Positions 27,965 through 44,117 of a stretch of DNA of 64,000 nt are shown here, in pieces (the first letter of the stretch is position 1; every line of letters starts with the position of its first letter). A program made the position numbers and the translations under genes. The stretch lies in NCBI GenBank assembly GCA_964016885.1, contig OZ024756.1, positions 39,680,001 to 39,744,000 of the forward strand, in the 5' to 3' direction. Below the pieces are notes generated by a model. That model saw only the letters and a program-made list of their open reading frames with translations. It searched no databases and was not told where the DNA came from. This DNA is from Eledone cirrhosa (Eukaryota).

Positions 27965-28806
27965 ATATATCTATATCTATCTCTCTCTATATATATATCT
28001 ATATCTATCTCTCTCTCTATATATATCTATATCTATCTCTCTCTATATCTATATCTATATCTATCTCTCTCTATATATATATCTATATCTATCTCTCTCT
28101 ATATATATATCTATATCTATCTCTCTCTCTATATATATCTATATCTATCTCTCTCTATATATATATCTATATCTATCTCTCTCTATATATATATCTATAT
28201 CTATCTCTCTCTATATATATATCTATATCTATCTCTCTCTATATATATATCTATATCTATCTCTCTCTATATATATATCTATATATATCTCTCTCTATAT
28301 ATATATCTATATCTATCTCTCTCTATATATATATCTATATCTATCTCTCTCTATATATATATCTATATATATCTCTCTCTATATATATATCTATATCTAT
28401 CTCTCTCTATATATATATCTATATCTATCTCTCTCTCTATATATATCTATATCTATCTCTCTCTATATCTATATCTATCTCTCTCTATATATATATCTAT
28501 ATCTATCTCTCTCTATATATATATCTATATCTATCTCTCTCTCTATATATATCTATATCTATCTCTCTCTATATATATATCTATATCTATCTCTCTCTCT
28601 ATATATATCTATATCTATCTCTCTCTATATATATATCTATATCTATCTCTCTATATATATATATATCTATATCTATCTCTCTCTATATATATATCTATAT
28701 CTATCTCTCTCTATATATATATCTATATCTATCTATCTCTCTATATATATCTATATCTATCTCTCTCTATATATATATCTATATCTATCTCTCTCTATAT
28801 ATATAT
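27965..28806. repeat. Higher-order TA/TC satellite (unit about 26-28 bp, ctatatctatctctctctatatatatat)
   Basis: Directly visible. Confidence 0.92.
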
Positions 28807-29007
28807 CGGTTTTAGATGTCCTGTATTAAGCGCCGAAACATCTTGATCTCGATTTTAAGCTGATGAAGGATTTCTTTTCTTCTCTTCGTTTCGAAGAGAG
28901 CTTTCCCGGTGCAAATCCCATGGTTATTCGTGAGCGAAGGGGATATTTGCCCTTTATATACATTGACACTTAAACTACCTTTTTCGATGGCTTAGCATCT
29001 TGACATA

Positions 29008-29181
<174 letters not shown>

Positions 29182-29334
29182 GTGTGTATGTGTATCTAAA
29201 CAATGAGTTATTTGTTTTGTTAATTATTCAACAAAGTTAATTTACAACAGATTAGAAGCACTCAACAAGTTTTCTGGAGTATAATTAATATCAAAAATAT
29301 TAATAAATGGAAAGTATCTTTATAAAACCAAATA

Positions 29335-29395
29335 TATTTTATTAAACATATTTCAACGGTACCAATATTTTGGTACGCTTTCGTCAGATAAAATA
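29335..29395 (-). ncRNA. Type I hammerhead ribozyme motif, family A
   Basis: tattttat-CTGACGA-aagcgtaccaa/ttggtaccgtt-GAAA-tatgtt-TA-ataaaata. Confidence 0.75.
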
Positions 29396-29498
29396 CAATA
29401 TTTGGTTTAAAGATAATGACATATACTCATATGAACTTAATGTTATGAGTTCATTGTGGATAATGATTAGTTATGTAATAAACAACATAAGATAGTTA

Positions 29499-29558
29499 TT
29501 TAATTTACCAGTGGTTTCTTGAAAGCAAACAAATCTGCTTTCAGTCGTCAGAATGAAA
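29499..29558 (-). ncRNA. Type I hammerhead ribozyme motif
   Basis: tttcatt-CTGACGA-ctgaaagcaga/tttgctttcaa-GAAA-ccactgg-TA-aattaaa. Confidence 0.75.
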
Positions 29559-29634
29559 AAATCCTGGTGTTTTTAAAATATATATATATACAATGATATT
29601 AAATAAATGGAAACTATATTTATAAAACCATATT

Positions 29635-29695
29635 TATTCTATTATATATATTTCAAGGGTACCAAAATTTTGGTAAGCTTTCATCAGATAAAATA
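29635..29695 (-). ncRNA. Type I hammerhead ribozyme motif, family A
   Basis: tattttat-CTGATGA-aagcttaccaaa/tttggtaccctt-GAAA-tatata-TA-atagaata. Confidence 0.8.
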
Positions 29696-29759
29696 CAAAG
29701 TTTGTTTTATAAATGTTGACATAACCAAGAAAAGATACCTTAACGGTTCAAGTTTTCCT

Positions 29760-29950
29760 TGGGTGTGGTAAAAACCAACTAGACAATAACCCACCACAGT
29801 ACTCGATGCTTAGGGTAGTAGAGTGGGTAATAGGAAAACATTCTGGACCCCGATGGCTGAGATCCGGCCGTTTCGACAGCTAGATCCAAACAGTTTGGAT
29901 TTAGCTGTAGAAACGGCCGGAGCTCAGCCGTCGGTGTCCTGAATCTTTTC
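29760..29950 (-). mobile_element. Family C HHR element (diverged subfamily), folded back at stem II and contiguous with a family A HHR
   Basis: Palindrome around ccaaac-a-gtttgg. The tail runs without break into 29635-29760. Mirror copy at 32450-32640. Confidence 0.75.
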
Positions 29951-29971
29951 ATATATATATGTGTGTGTTAT

Positions 29972-30102
<131 letters not shown>

Positions 30103-30722
30103 ATATATATATATATATATGCATGTGTCATGTTCAAAGCAGTGCGACGAAAAGTTTCATAAATATAAGTTGAAACAAACAATATATTTTTTTTTTTTAA
30201 TTACTAAACTAACTAAACTGACTCAAATGACTCAAATGACTCAAATGACTCTTCCAAGATGTTTCAACTGACAATCTGAGACTAAGTCACTTCCCAGTAC
30301 ATCTTAATCTTCTTGCCTCAATACATAACGTACATTAACACCTTCTTTCATACATAGATTTAAACCCACTTTTCTATTTTTACATTAACGGTTTCAAATA
30401 ATACAATTTAGCTATTATTGTATCGTATTTTCGCTGGCATTCACCGATATAGAAGGAGTCTTATTTCAAATGCTTCATCTACACACAATATCATTAACTT
30501 TAGTATTATTTATGCAATATTTCATAATGCAAAGTGTGATAATGGCAGGGAATGGCATGGCATTGAAGAATTCCTTTAATGACACATAGTAAACAACAGG
30601 TTCAATTTGAAGAAGAAAGGCTTTTATCAAAAGAGAAACAGAAATAACAGAAATATCTGGTAAAAGCTTTAAGATTATATCCTCTGAGATTTTCTTATAT
30701 ATTAATTATTTGTGTTTGTATG

Positions 30723-30798
<76 letters not shown>

Positions 30799-30847
30799 CA
30801 TATACATATATATATATATATGCATATATATATTTATACATACATAC

Positions 30848-30917
<70 letters not shown>

Positions 30918-31093
30918 GTGAGGGTTTTTTTACAAAATGAAAAATAACCGAGGTGTCCTACACGAGTGAAAGTATAAAGAAAAAGAGATGAAATCGAAAA
31001 TGCAGCTGGAGTCTTATTTTTTTTTTAAATATAAATATATATATATTTTTTTTAAATAAGACTCCAGTTGCATTTTCGATTTCATCTCTTTTT

Positions 31094-31168
<75 letters not shown>

Positions 31169-31796
31169 TATATATACATGCATACAAACACAAATAATGA
31201 ATATATAAGAAAATCTCTTAAAGCTTTTACCAGATATTTCTGTTATTTCTGTTTCTCTTTTGATAAAAGCCTTTCTTCTTCAAATTGAACCTGTTGTTTA
31301 CTATGTGTCATTAAAGGAATTCTTCAATGCCATGCCATTCCCTGCCATTATCACACTTTGCATTATGAAATATTGCATAAATAATACTAAAGTTAATGAT
31401 ATTGTGTGTAGATGAAGCATTTGAAATAAGACTCCTTCTATATCGGTGAATGCCAGCGAAAATACGATACAATAATAGCTAAATTGTATTATTTGAAACC
31501 GTTAATGTAAAAATAGAAAAGTGGGTTTAAATCTATGTATGAAAGAAGGTGTTAATGTACGTTATGTATTGAGGCAAGAAGATTAAGATGTACTGGGAAG
31601 TGACTTAGTCTCAGATTGTCAGTTGAAACATCTTGGAAGAGTCATTTGAGTCATTTGAGTCATTTGAGTCAGTTTATTAGTTTAGTAATTTAAAAAAATA
31701 TATATATTGTTTGTTTCAACTTATATTTATGAAACTTTTCGTTGCACTGCTTTCAGCTTGGTCACTGACACATGCATATATATATATATATATATA

Positions 31797-31986
31797 ATAA
31801 TTGTTTCTACTTTAGGCACAAGGCCAGCAAATACCCAGTGCATTACTGGTACTTTATTTTATCGACCCCGTAAGGATGACAGGCAAAGTCAACCTCGGCG
31901 GGATTTCAACTCAGATCGTAAAGGGACGTAACTGTGCTGGAAAGCATGGCCTCCGACCCGCTACCGATACTGCCAATCCACCGCCC
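31797..31986 (-). mobile_element. tRNA-derived SINE (main family)
   Basis: Full copy in a TA run. Confidence 0.9.
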
Positions 31987-32034
31987 ATATATATATATAT
32001 ATATATAATAATACACATATATATATAATAACAT

Positions 32035-32075
<41 letters not shown>

Positions 32076-32101
32076 ATCAAAAGATGGTTAAAAGAGCTCC
32101 T

Positions 32102-32244
<143 letters not shown>

Positions 32245-32263
32245 TATATGTATATGTATATAT

Positions 32264-32307
<44 letters not shown>

Positions 32308-32313
32308 TATATG

Positions 32314-32386
<73 letters not shown>

Positions 32387-32389
32387 ACA

Positions 32390-32425
<36 letters not shown>

Positions 32426-32703
32426 AACAACACACACACATATATATATGAAAAGATTCAGGACACCGACGGCTGAGCTCCGGCCGTTTCTACAGCTAAA
32501 TCCAAACTGTTTGGATCTAGCTGTCGAAACGGCCGATCTCAGCCATCGGGGTCCAGAATGTTTTCCTATTACCCACTCTACTACCCTAAGCATCGAGTAC
32601 TGTGGTGGGTTATTGTCTAGTTGGTTTTTACCACACCCAAGGAAAACTTGAACCGTTAAGGTATCTTTTCTTGGTTATGTCAACATTTATAAAACAAACT
32701 TTG

Positions 32704-32764
32704 TATTTTATCTGATGAAAGCTTACCAAAGTTTTGGTACCCTTGATATATATATAATAGAATA
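32704..32764 (+). ncRNA. Family A hammerhead, inactivated copy (GAAA to GATA)
   Basis: Mirror of 29635-29695 with a core substitution. Confidence 0.65.
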
Positions 32765-32803
32765 AATATGGTTTTATAAATATAGTTTCCATTTATTTAA
32801 TAT

Positions 32804-32849
<46 letters not shown>

Positions 32850-32870
32850 CAGATCGGGTGTGGTAAAGAA

Positions 32871-33100
32871 CTGGTTGTGAGGTCGATCCGGTCCAAGCTT
32901 AAGACAGGCAGAAATTGGAAGGTCCGGGAGGCGGTAGATGCAGCAAAAGAAAGCCTTAAGATCAGAGATATAATGGGACACAGTCAGACAAATAGATAGA
33001 TAAGGACTGGGCGAAACAAAAATGGAACGGTGATCAGAGGCCAGGGGAAAGATGAAGAGATATCTGATTTTACAGGAAAGGAAGAAGGAAGAAGATAGGA
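32871..33100 (+). mobile_element. Fragment of a Hero-like (restriction-like endonuclease) non-LTR retrotransposon ORF
   Basis: KTGRNWKVREAVDAAKESLKIRDIMGHSQTNR/GLG...SEARGKMKRYLILQE fits the TGRKW..AV..A...L...DIVG....R.GLG motif. Has stops and a 4-bp duplication. Confidence 0.7.
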
Positions 33101-33905
33101 TTCCAGAAGACTCTGGAAGGTAGTTCAGCATTATATTATAATATAGAGGATAAATATAAACATTCCGTCGAGAATGTCTTCCATTTAATCATGGACATCG
33201 TGGTCGTGAAAAAGTAGAAGTAGAAGAAATATTAATCTACTATATTATGTGTTGCGCATGTATAGAAAAACTGGCGGTCATGCAAACATACTAACACTAG
33301 TTAGTGAGAGAGGAATAGGGAGAGAGAGAGAGGGAGAGAGAGTTAGAGAGAGAGGGGAGAAAGAGAGAATTAGAAAGAAAGGGAGAGGAAGAGAGAGAGA
33401 GAAAGAGAGAGAGAAAGCGCTATGAAGAGAGAGAGAGAACGCGCTATGAAAAGATAGAGAGCGTGCTATGAAAAGATAGAGAGCGTGCTATGAAAAGAGA
33501 GAGAGCGTGCTATGAAAAGAGAGAGGGGATTTAGAGAGGAATGGGAACATGTGTAGTTTCCTGTTGTACGCTGAGAACATTTACATTTATATGGAAATTG
33601 AACGTAAACAATTAAATTATATGATTTCAAATGCTTTGAGAAACTATTAAGTGGAAAGAAATCAATTACAATAATCAACTCTCGGTGAATTATTCATTCT
33701 ACACATTAAAATTAATTTCACCAGTAGCCATAGTTTGCTTTATGATTTTGTTTTGATTTTTTTCTGGGGGTTTTTGTTTTCGTTGTATAAATATCCGATT
33801 AAATTCAATATTGTTTCGGAAATGAAGGACGCTATTTTAAAATCAAAATACATCCTGAAATAAATTTAATTGAATTCTATGAAAAATTTAATGAAATTAA
33901 AATTT

Positions 33906-34098
33906 TAATTTAAATTTAACAAACATTCTCTTGGTGTTACCGGTGTTACCATGGAGATATTTCCACAGATCATCACTAGTGCAGATAGTGAAACTTATCT
34001 TTAAATTTAAATTAACAAACATTCTCTTGGTGTTACCTGTGTTACCATGGAGATATTTCCGCAGATCATCACTAGTGCAGATAGTGAAACTTATCTTT
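33906..34098. repeat. 96-bp tandem duplication
   Basis: cttggtgttacc at 33930 and 34026. Confidence 0.9.
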
Positions 34099-34192
34099 GT
34101 AAAACAGTTCTATCCAGTTGAGAAGCAGCGACAATAATTCTTGCTAAGACTTCAGGGTTACTACTAATAGTATATCCAGCAAAACCATAATA

Positions 34193-34394
34193 CGAGGGTC
34201 GGTTGAAATAGTTCATAGGGTGACCAAATGAGGACCAAATGAGGACCAAATGAGGTTTATTTTTCAACATAGTCCCAGGGAAGAAAAAACAATGCAGTTA
34301 TTAATGAGAAGAGTTGAAATTAATGAATGCTAGATTTCACAGCTCTAGCATTACTCCTTCATGGTTAACATATGAACTTTTCAGCTGACCCTCG
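34193..34394. mobile_element. mariner-type MITE
   Basis: ta|cgagggtcggttgaaatagttcata ... tatgaacttttcagctgaccctcg. Confidence 0.75.
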
Positions 34395-34465
34395 CATGTA
34401 CATACACACACGCGCGCACACACACACATATATATATATATATGTGTGTGTCTGTGTGTGTGTGC

Positions 34466-34525
<60 letters not shown>

Positions 34526-34603
34526 GGAAAGAACAAACAAAACGCAGGAGGCAATTATACACAGATATATTAGGTTCACGCAGGGTGGAAGTGGGGGAGA
34601 TTT

Positions 34604-34650
<47 letters not shown>

Positions 34651-34652
<2 letters not shown>

Positions 34653-34840
34653 AAAAAGTATGACCCTGACGGCAGAGCTCAAGCCGTTTCGACGGCTATT
34701 TCTTGTCCAGAAATAGCCGTCGAAACGGCTTGAGCTCTGCCGTCGGGGTCATACTTTTTCCTATTACCCACTCTACTACCCTAAGTATTGAGTACTCTGG
34801 TGCGTTATGGTCTATCTGGTTCCTTACCACAATTCCTTCG

Positions 34841-34842
<2 letters not shown>
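34651..34842 (+). mobile_element. Family C HHR element folded back at stem II
   Basis: Palindrome centred near 34706, then agaaatagccgtc-GAAA-cggc..gccg-TC-ggggt and the standard tail. Confidence 0.82.
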
Positions 34843-34936
<94 letters not shown>

Positions 34937-35865
34937 CGCATATATGTTATAGAATGCCGTTAGCTTCTTGCTAAAACAATCTCTATACCTCTCATTTATA
35001 TATATATATAAATATATATAGTAACAGTAAGAGCAACAACAACAAAAACAGCAACAAATACAGTATAATGAACCGACAAACTACATATTAATAGTTAAAA
35101 GTATTAATGATCGAACGATGCCACCTTCTGAATATTGGACGGAAGAGACAAACGTGTTGACAAGTCAATAGATTGCCAATTACTTGAAAGTCTATTTACT
35201 TTAGTGAAACCTTTTGTCGTCAAGAACAAATATCTTCTTAGGATATTTATTTATTTCCCCTTCAGGTTTTCTGGAAGTCTGTGAATAGAGCGAATGGTTG
35301 AAGCATATGTAATTGTCTTGAAATTATAAATATGTAAAAACACATTAGTGAAGCCTATTGAAATATTTCGGCAGTAAAATTGGCAGCTGTTGTTGAAATC
35401 CTAGTCTTTTATTCTCATAAATAAGCATCATTCAGCCTTGTTTTCGTATTTTGCATTGAATTTGACCAGAATATGTTGATGCTTCTAGAAAATGTCATCA
35501 ATATAAATATGAGGGAATTATGATGAAAACTAAGATTTTTATATATTTTACAACTGATTCGTTATTAAGGTGAGATATGATTGCTTTTCATGCCACGTCG
35601 CTTTCAAACTGACGTATGAGAAACATAGACTAGCGAGGATCTTCAGGAGAAGGGAGGACAGTTGGGCAAGTAGAGCGATTCAGTTTCGATTATCAATTAT
35701 AACTATTTCACTAAAGCAAAACACTTTATTTCATGTTACTTTTTCTATCAGGAGTTGCAACCGGAAGATAATATCAACAATAGAAGTACACCAAATCCAA
35801 TGCTCCTAGGGGGTGGCCCTGGTTCTTTTTATTTGCGAGTGTAAACTTGGCCAGATTAGATTAGC

Positions 35866-36008
35866 TGGTATCAACAATAGGAAGAGCAGAGCAATGGAAA
35901 CATTGTTTCTTTGGTCCAATTTGACGAGTTTCACCCCATTTGGTATCAACAATACAATGAACAATGGAAACATTGTTTCTTTGGTCCAATTTGACGAGTT
36001 TCACTCCA
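35866..36008. repeat. ~75-bp tandem duplication with a related copy at about 38165-38200
   Basis: caatggaaacattgtttctttggtccaatttgacga repeated. Confidence 0.8.
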
Positions 36009-36456
36009 CTTGCTAAGCAAATGAGGTCTGAGATTTTGTCGATCATTCAAAATAAATAAATATTGGCCTGTATCAGTTTTGTTTGTGGTATCAACATCTA
36101 AATAAAGGTGATATTAACATAACTTTTCTCTATTTTTATTGATTAACGTTTGTCGTGATTTCATTTGTCAGCTCCCTGCGTTCTTAATGAATGGATGTAC
36201 AAGATTACTTCCGCTGTAGATTTTGCGAGAGTGTGTTTCTATTGTTGAAGTAACTAGAGTGTCATTTTCAAGATCTCTATCGAAATAAAACTGTATGTCT
36301 CTTTATGTGAGGTGATAAGATTGCGACAGTTATAACATCTATATGTTGAAGGTTAAATAGAAATCTTGTGTTAGGTACTTCCAGCTGCTTTAAGTTAGTA
36401 TAAATTATTAATGTCAAACAGAACATTGAGAAACACGTATCCTAACAAATATAAGT

Positions 36457-36851
36457 TTGTGTGTGTGTGCGTGTGTGGTGTATGATGTTGTGAGTGTGTA
36501 TGTGTGTACGTGAGTGTATGTGCTTTTGTGTGTGTGTGTACGTGTGTGGTGTATGATGTTGTGAGTGTGTATGTGTGTGCTTGAATGTATGTGCTTTTGT
36601 GTGTGTATGTGTGTGCGTGTGTGCGTACGTATGTGGTGTATGATGTTGTGAGTGTGTATGTGTGTGCTTGAGTGTATGTGCTTGTGTGTGTGTGTGTGTG
36701 TACGTATGTGGTGTATGATGTTGTGAGTGTGTATGTGTGTGCGTGAGTGTGTGTGCTTTTGTGTGTGTGTGTGTGTACGTGTGTGGTGTATGTGTTTACG
36801 TGTGTGGTGTATGATGTTGTGGGTGTGTATGTGTGTGCTTGAGTGTATGTG

Positions 36852-36889
<38 letters not shown>

Positions 36890-37017
36890 TATGTGGTGTA
36901 TGATTTTGTGAGTGTGTATGTGTGTGCTTGAGTTATGTGCTTTTGTGTGTGTGTGTGTGTGTGTACGTATGTGGTGTATGATGTTGTGAGTGTGTATGTG
37001 TGTGCTTGAGTTATGTG

Positions 37018-37048
<31 letters not shown>

Positions 37049-37955
37049 ACGTATGTGGTGTATGATTTTGTGAGTGTGTATGTGTGTGCTTGAGTTATGT
37101 GCTTTTGTGTGTGTGTGTGTGTACGTATGTGGTGTATGATGTTGTGAGTGTGTATGTGTGTGCTTGAGTGTATGTGCTTTTGTGTGTGTGTGTCTGTGTG
37201 TGTGTGTGTGTGGTGTATGATGTTGTGAGTGTGTATGTGTGTGCTTGAATGTATGTGCTTTTGTGTGTGTATGTGTGTGCGTGTGTGCGTACGTATGTGG
37301 TGTATGATGTTGTGAGTGTGTATGTGTGTGCTTGAGTGTATGTGCTTTTGTGTGTGTGTGTGTGTGTGTGTGTACTTATGTGGTGTAAGATGTTGTGAGT
37401 GTGTATGTGTGTGCTTGAGTGTATGTGCTCTTGTGTGTCTGTGTGTCTGTGTCTGTGTGTACGTATGTGGTGTATGATGTTGTGAGTGTGTATGTGTGTG
37501 CTTGAGTGTATGTGCTTTTGTGTGTGTGTGTCTGTGTGTGTGTGTGTGTGGTGTATGATGTTGTGAGTGTGTATGTGTGTGCTTGAATGTATGTGCTTTT
37601 GTGTGTGTATGTGTGTGCGTGTGTGCGTACGTATGTGGTGTATGATGTTGTGAGTGTGTATGTGTGTGCTTGAGTGTATGTGCTTTTGTGTGTGTGTGTG
37701 TGTGTGTGTGTACTTATGTGGTGTAAGATGTTGTGAGTGTGTATGTGTGTGCTTGAGTGTATGTGCTCTTGTGTGTCTGTGTGTCTGTGTCTGTGTGTAC
37801 GTATGTGGTGTATGATGTTGTGGGTGTGTATGTGTGCGCGTGAGTGTATGTGCTTTTGTGTGTGTGTGTGTACGTGTGTGGTGTATGAGTTTTTGAGTGC
37901 GCATGTGTGTGCGTGAGTGTATGTGCTTTTTGTGTGTGTATGTGTGCGTGTGTTC
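36457..37955. repeat. GT-rich minisatellite, unit about 60-70 bp
   Basis: Recurring gtggtgtatgatgttgtgagtgtgtatgtgtgtgcttgagtgtatgtgctttt(gt)n. Confidence 0.95.
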
Positions 37956-38575
37956 GTGTACTTCTTCGACAGTTGATATGATCTGAGAGTATTGGTTATG
38001 ACTCAACCATCCCAGGATTCCACATCACGGTGACGTACTTACAGCCAATACAACTACACAGTCACTGATTTATTCGCTTGTATTTTATTATTACGTAGTA
38101 ATAACTTCATATATTAATTAGATATATTAGCGACCGGTTGATAGTATTAGCAATTGGAAGGACCAATGGAAACATTGTTTCCTCGGTCCGATTTGACGAT
38201 GTCTGGGATCATGTCGATCGACTGTCGATATATATAGACCCTAAAATATATTTTCCGTGCTATTTCTAACTTCACCTTTTCTCTATATCCACTGTTTCGT
38301 ATAGGACCTTACTTCCCTTTTCATATATATATATATAAAATAGTAATAAATGAAAGATATATATACTTTATATCATCTCTATTTATTTCATTTTATATAT
38401 TTCGAGGATGTAAAATTGTATGTAGTATAACATAAAGCAAAACATGTCCTCCTCAGACAAAATACATAGAAGATGTATAATCTGTTCATATATGCTGGTA
38501 GACAAACGAGCTGCACAGATCAGTGACCACCAAGCATATGTGTATATATATATATATATACATATGACCACGAAG

Positions 38576-38646
<71 letters not shown>

Positions 38647-38681
38647 GTGAGAAAAACCACAGACCCTCCATCTCAACTCTA

Positions 38682-38717
38682 CTTTTGAAAAGCAGAAGAA
38701 CTGCGAAACCGGTAAAG
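38682..38717 (+). ncRNA. Minimal hammerhead motif, U3-A8 core variant
   Basis: ctt-TTGAAAA-gcag aagaa ctgc-GAAA-ccgg-TA-aag, AATAAA shortly after. Its tail recurs at 30913-31100. Confidence 0.6.
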
Positions 38718-38850
38718 GAACTAAATAAATATATATATTTTTTTTAAATAAGACTCCAGTTGCATTTTCGATTTCATCTTTTTTTCTTTATACTTTCACT
38801 CGTGAAGGACACCTCGATTATTTTTCATTTTGTAAAAAAAACTTCACTTT

Positions 38851-38900
<50 letters not shown>

Positions 38901-39747
38901 TATCAACATGCATCATGCTTTCGTGAATAGTTTTGTATGACTATGATGTCTCTGTAGTCACAAATAGAGAGAGAGAAACCCTCTCAGGTTTCCCACCTGT
39001 GGACTATCGAAACATCCAGGATATCAATGATAGAAGAAGCGATAGCTATACCAATCCTGGGGTAAACCTTTGCCCTTTGCCGGACTTGAACTAAGAACGA
39101 AGAGAGGCGGAACAAACATCCTAAAGTAAGTTTTCAATCTGATTCTGTAACGCCTTTGGTTGCAGACCGCTTTACTGAATATATACACAGGTGTATATAG
39201 CAACACATTGTATGTATACTGTCAATTTGAAATCGATTTGAACAAAAATAAAAGCCATATCTAGTTAACGGTCACCTAAACTGCAACTTCGTCTCTTATC
39301 AAAATACAAATTGAAGAAGAAAAAAAATGCTTCAGTATTTATTTAAATTAGAATAGTATTAAAGAAAGGCAAAAGAAATATAAAATTCAGAGTATACGAA
39401 TTACAGTTTAATTTCTACACACCATCGTTTTTTTTTTCTTTTGTCTTCTTTTAGTCTTAAATGTATTTGTTTCATCAATACGGTGTCTCCTTTATTTTCG
39501 TGTTTTTTTTAATCTAACAACAACGAAATAAGAAAGAAATAAAGAGAAAAATATGATAGTAAATTAAAACCTACAATTGACTGATAACAACTGGCATGGG
39601 AATATACAAGAAACTAGTATAACACTGTAATTGGGTTATATATGTACTATAAAAATCATATATATATATATATACTGTTATTTGAATATTCTAGACTAAA
39701 TATATATCTGTATGTTTGTGTATGTGTGTATGTGTCTGTGTTTTGTA

Positions 39748-41912
<2,165 letters not shown>

Positions 41913-42010
41913 GAAGGAGGTGAGTTTTATTGTAGTACAATAAAGCAATGCAGATATCGGATAAGTTGATTTAAAACTTCACTATTCACAAGTGTTTTAT
42001 CATGTATCCC

Positions 42011-42081
42011 TATTTTATCTGACGAAAACGCAAATGTCATCTCATGATGATATTTGTTTTTGAAATGCGCATAATAAAATA
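42011..42081 (+). ncRNA. Type I hammerhead ribozyme motif (family A related)
   Basis: tattttat-CTGACGA-aaacgcaaatgtcatc tcat gatgatatttgttttt-GAAA-tgcgca-TA-ataaaata. Confidence 0.85.
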
Positions 42082-42206
42082 CATGGAACTCTTTTAACCA
42101 TCTTTTGATCTTATATTATCTATATATATACAGTATTTACGTATCGAGAGAGAGAGAAAAAAGGGGAGGATAGGTGATACATATAGCGGTGGCGGTGGAA
42201 TAAGTG

Positions 42207-42413
42207 GAAGAAGAAGAAGAAGAAGAAGAAGAAGAAGAAGAAGAAGAAGAAGAAGAAGAAGAAGAAGAAGAAGAAGAAGAAGAAGAAGAAGAAGAAGAAG
42301 AAGAAGAAGAAGAAGAAGAAGAAGAAGAAGAAGAAGAAGAAGAAGAAGAAGAAGAAGAAGAAGAAGAAGAAGAAGAAGAAGAAGAAGAAGAAGAAGAAGA
42401 AGAAGAAGAAGAA
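42207..42413. repeat. (GAA)n pure trinucleotide tract, about 69 units
   Basis: Directly visible. Confidence 0.98.
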
Positions 42414-42792
42414 ATATGTGTGAGCTTCATGCTAAGAAAAATGTTTAGATATTTAGACACAATTCTAGAACTAAAACCATTCTTTTTAAAAATATCACAT
42501 TAAGTAAAGTTAGAATTAGTCTAGACTGAGACGTATTAAAGGTTTTAAGAAAATGTAATTATAATTCTATCAGTAAACAGATGAAAACACTACAGTTCAC
42601 ATTATCAGAATTGCTAATTGCTTTATATTTTAATTTTCCCTTGCGTTAGCTCCAGTCAGTTTCTTATTGTACAAGTTGTCTACTTCATCATAATTAAAGT
42701 CAACTAATTTGTTTTCATGTCTAGAGTCCTTTGTGTTTCTTCTTCCCCCACTACCCTCAGTACACGCACTCTCACACACACACGCGCACACA

Positions 42793-42831
<39 letters not shown>

Positions 42832-43314
42832 TCACACACATACACACACGCACTCACACACACACACACACATGAAACATTAACACAAACTGATTCGTTG
42901 CCGGCAGAAATCAGAGGTTGCTTTGCCCATTTCATTAATTATTAACTAATTTTGCTATCTTTGCTCTGATGGCGATCATAAAACTTCCGTCATTTTACCG
43001 ACGACGACTGCAGTTTGTTTTTGTCTTCTCCGCGATTCAAAGGAATATATTTCGAATACTGAAGCCGTCTTATGTCTATGATTTCCCAGGCCATTGTCAC
43101 ATCATATGTATCTATGTATCTATGTATCTATGTATCTATGTATCTATGCTTGTATGTTATCTCTTTCTCTTAATTTCGATATATATATAATTGGTGTTGG
43201 ATGCTTAAAGCGTCCGTATGCGGTGGGCCGTATGAGCACTCGATGCTCTCATAGAGCAGAGTATGATATCACAGAAAAAAAGAGAACCAGTGTTGCGACG
43301 AATGGAATTTATTG

Positions 43315-43410
43315 GACATATTACAATCGTTTCTCTGGCGACCAGCTCGAGGCACGATCGATGTGATGATCGAACCTGACTCTGAAAATCGCAAGGTCCT
43401 CAGATACGTC
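43315..43410 (-). ncRNA. Type I hammerhead motif with extended stem II, inside a foldback element (43268-43578)
   Basis: gacgtat-CTGAGGA-ccttgcgatt..aggttcgatc/gatcgtgcct..ggtcgccaga-GAAA-cgattg-TA-atatgtc, then AATAAA. Confidence 0.75.
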
Positions 43411-43572
43411 TTGATTCTACGAAGCAGATTTTCTTAGAGTCAGGTTCGATCATCACATCGATTTTCTCAGAGTCTGGTTCATCACATCGATCGTGCCTCG
43501 AGCTGGTTGCCAGAGACGATTGTAATATGTCCAATAAATTCCATTCGTCGCAACACTGATTCTCTTTTTTTT

Positions 43573-43644
<72 letters not shown>

Positions 43645-43648
43645 AGGG

Positions 43649-43727
<79 letters not shown>

Positions 43728-43903
43728 AATATACACGGGTGTGTATGATTGTGTATAGAAGATTATATTAATAATTAGAAGATTATATTAATAAGAGGAA
43801 TTCCAACTTTGTCTGATTTACTCGTTTTATTTACAATCCTTTAAAATGTATAATGGTATTATAATGAAATAGTATGGTAGAATATTAAATGTTAAGTCTT
43901 AAT

Positions 43904-43942
43904 TGAACAAGTACTTTCATGCTTTCGCAATCTTCAGGTTCA
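43904..43942 (-). ncRNA. Minimal type I hammerhead motif (39 nt)
   Basis: tgaac-CTGAAGA-ttgc gaaa gcat-GAAA-gtac-TT-gttca. GNRA-capped stem II, palindromic stem III. Confidence 0.8.
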
Positions 43943-43976
43943 TAATGTGTGGTGACAGTCAATATATATATATATA

Positions 43977-44024
<48 letters not shown>

Positions 44025-44058
44025 TGTGTGTATATACATATATATATATGCGTGTGTG

Positions 44059-44117
<59 letters not shown>

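Noticed and set aside
28830-28925. CTGATGA followed by a hairpin
   Set aside because: No GAAA-stem III-UH downstream, and the upstream GAAA does not give a valid type II fold.
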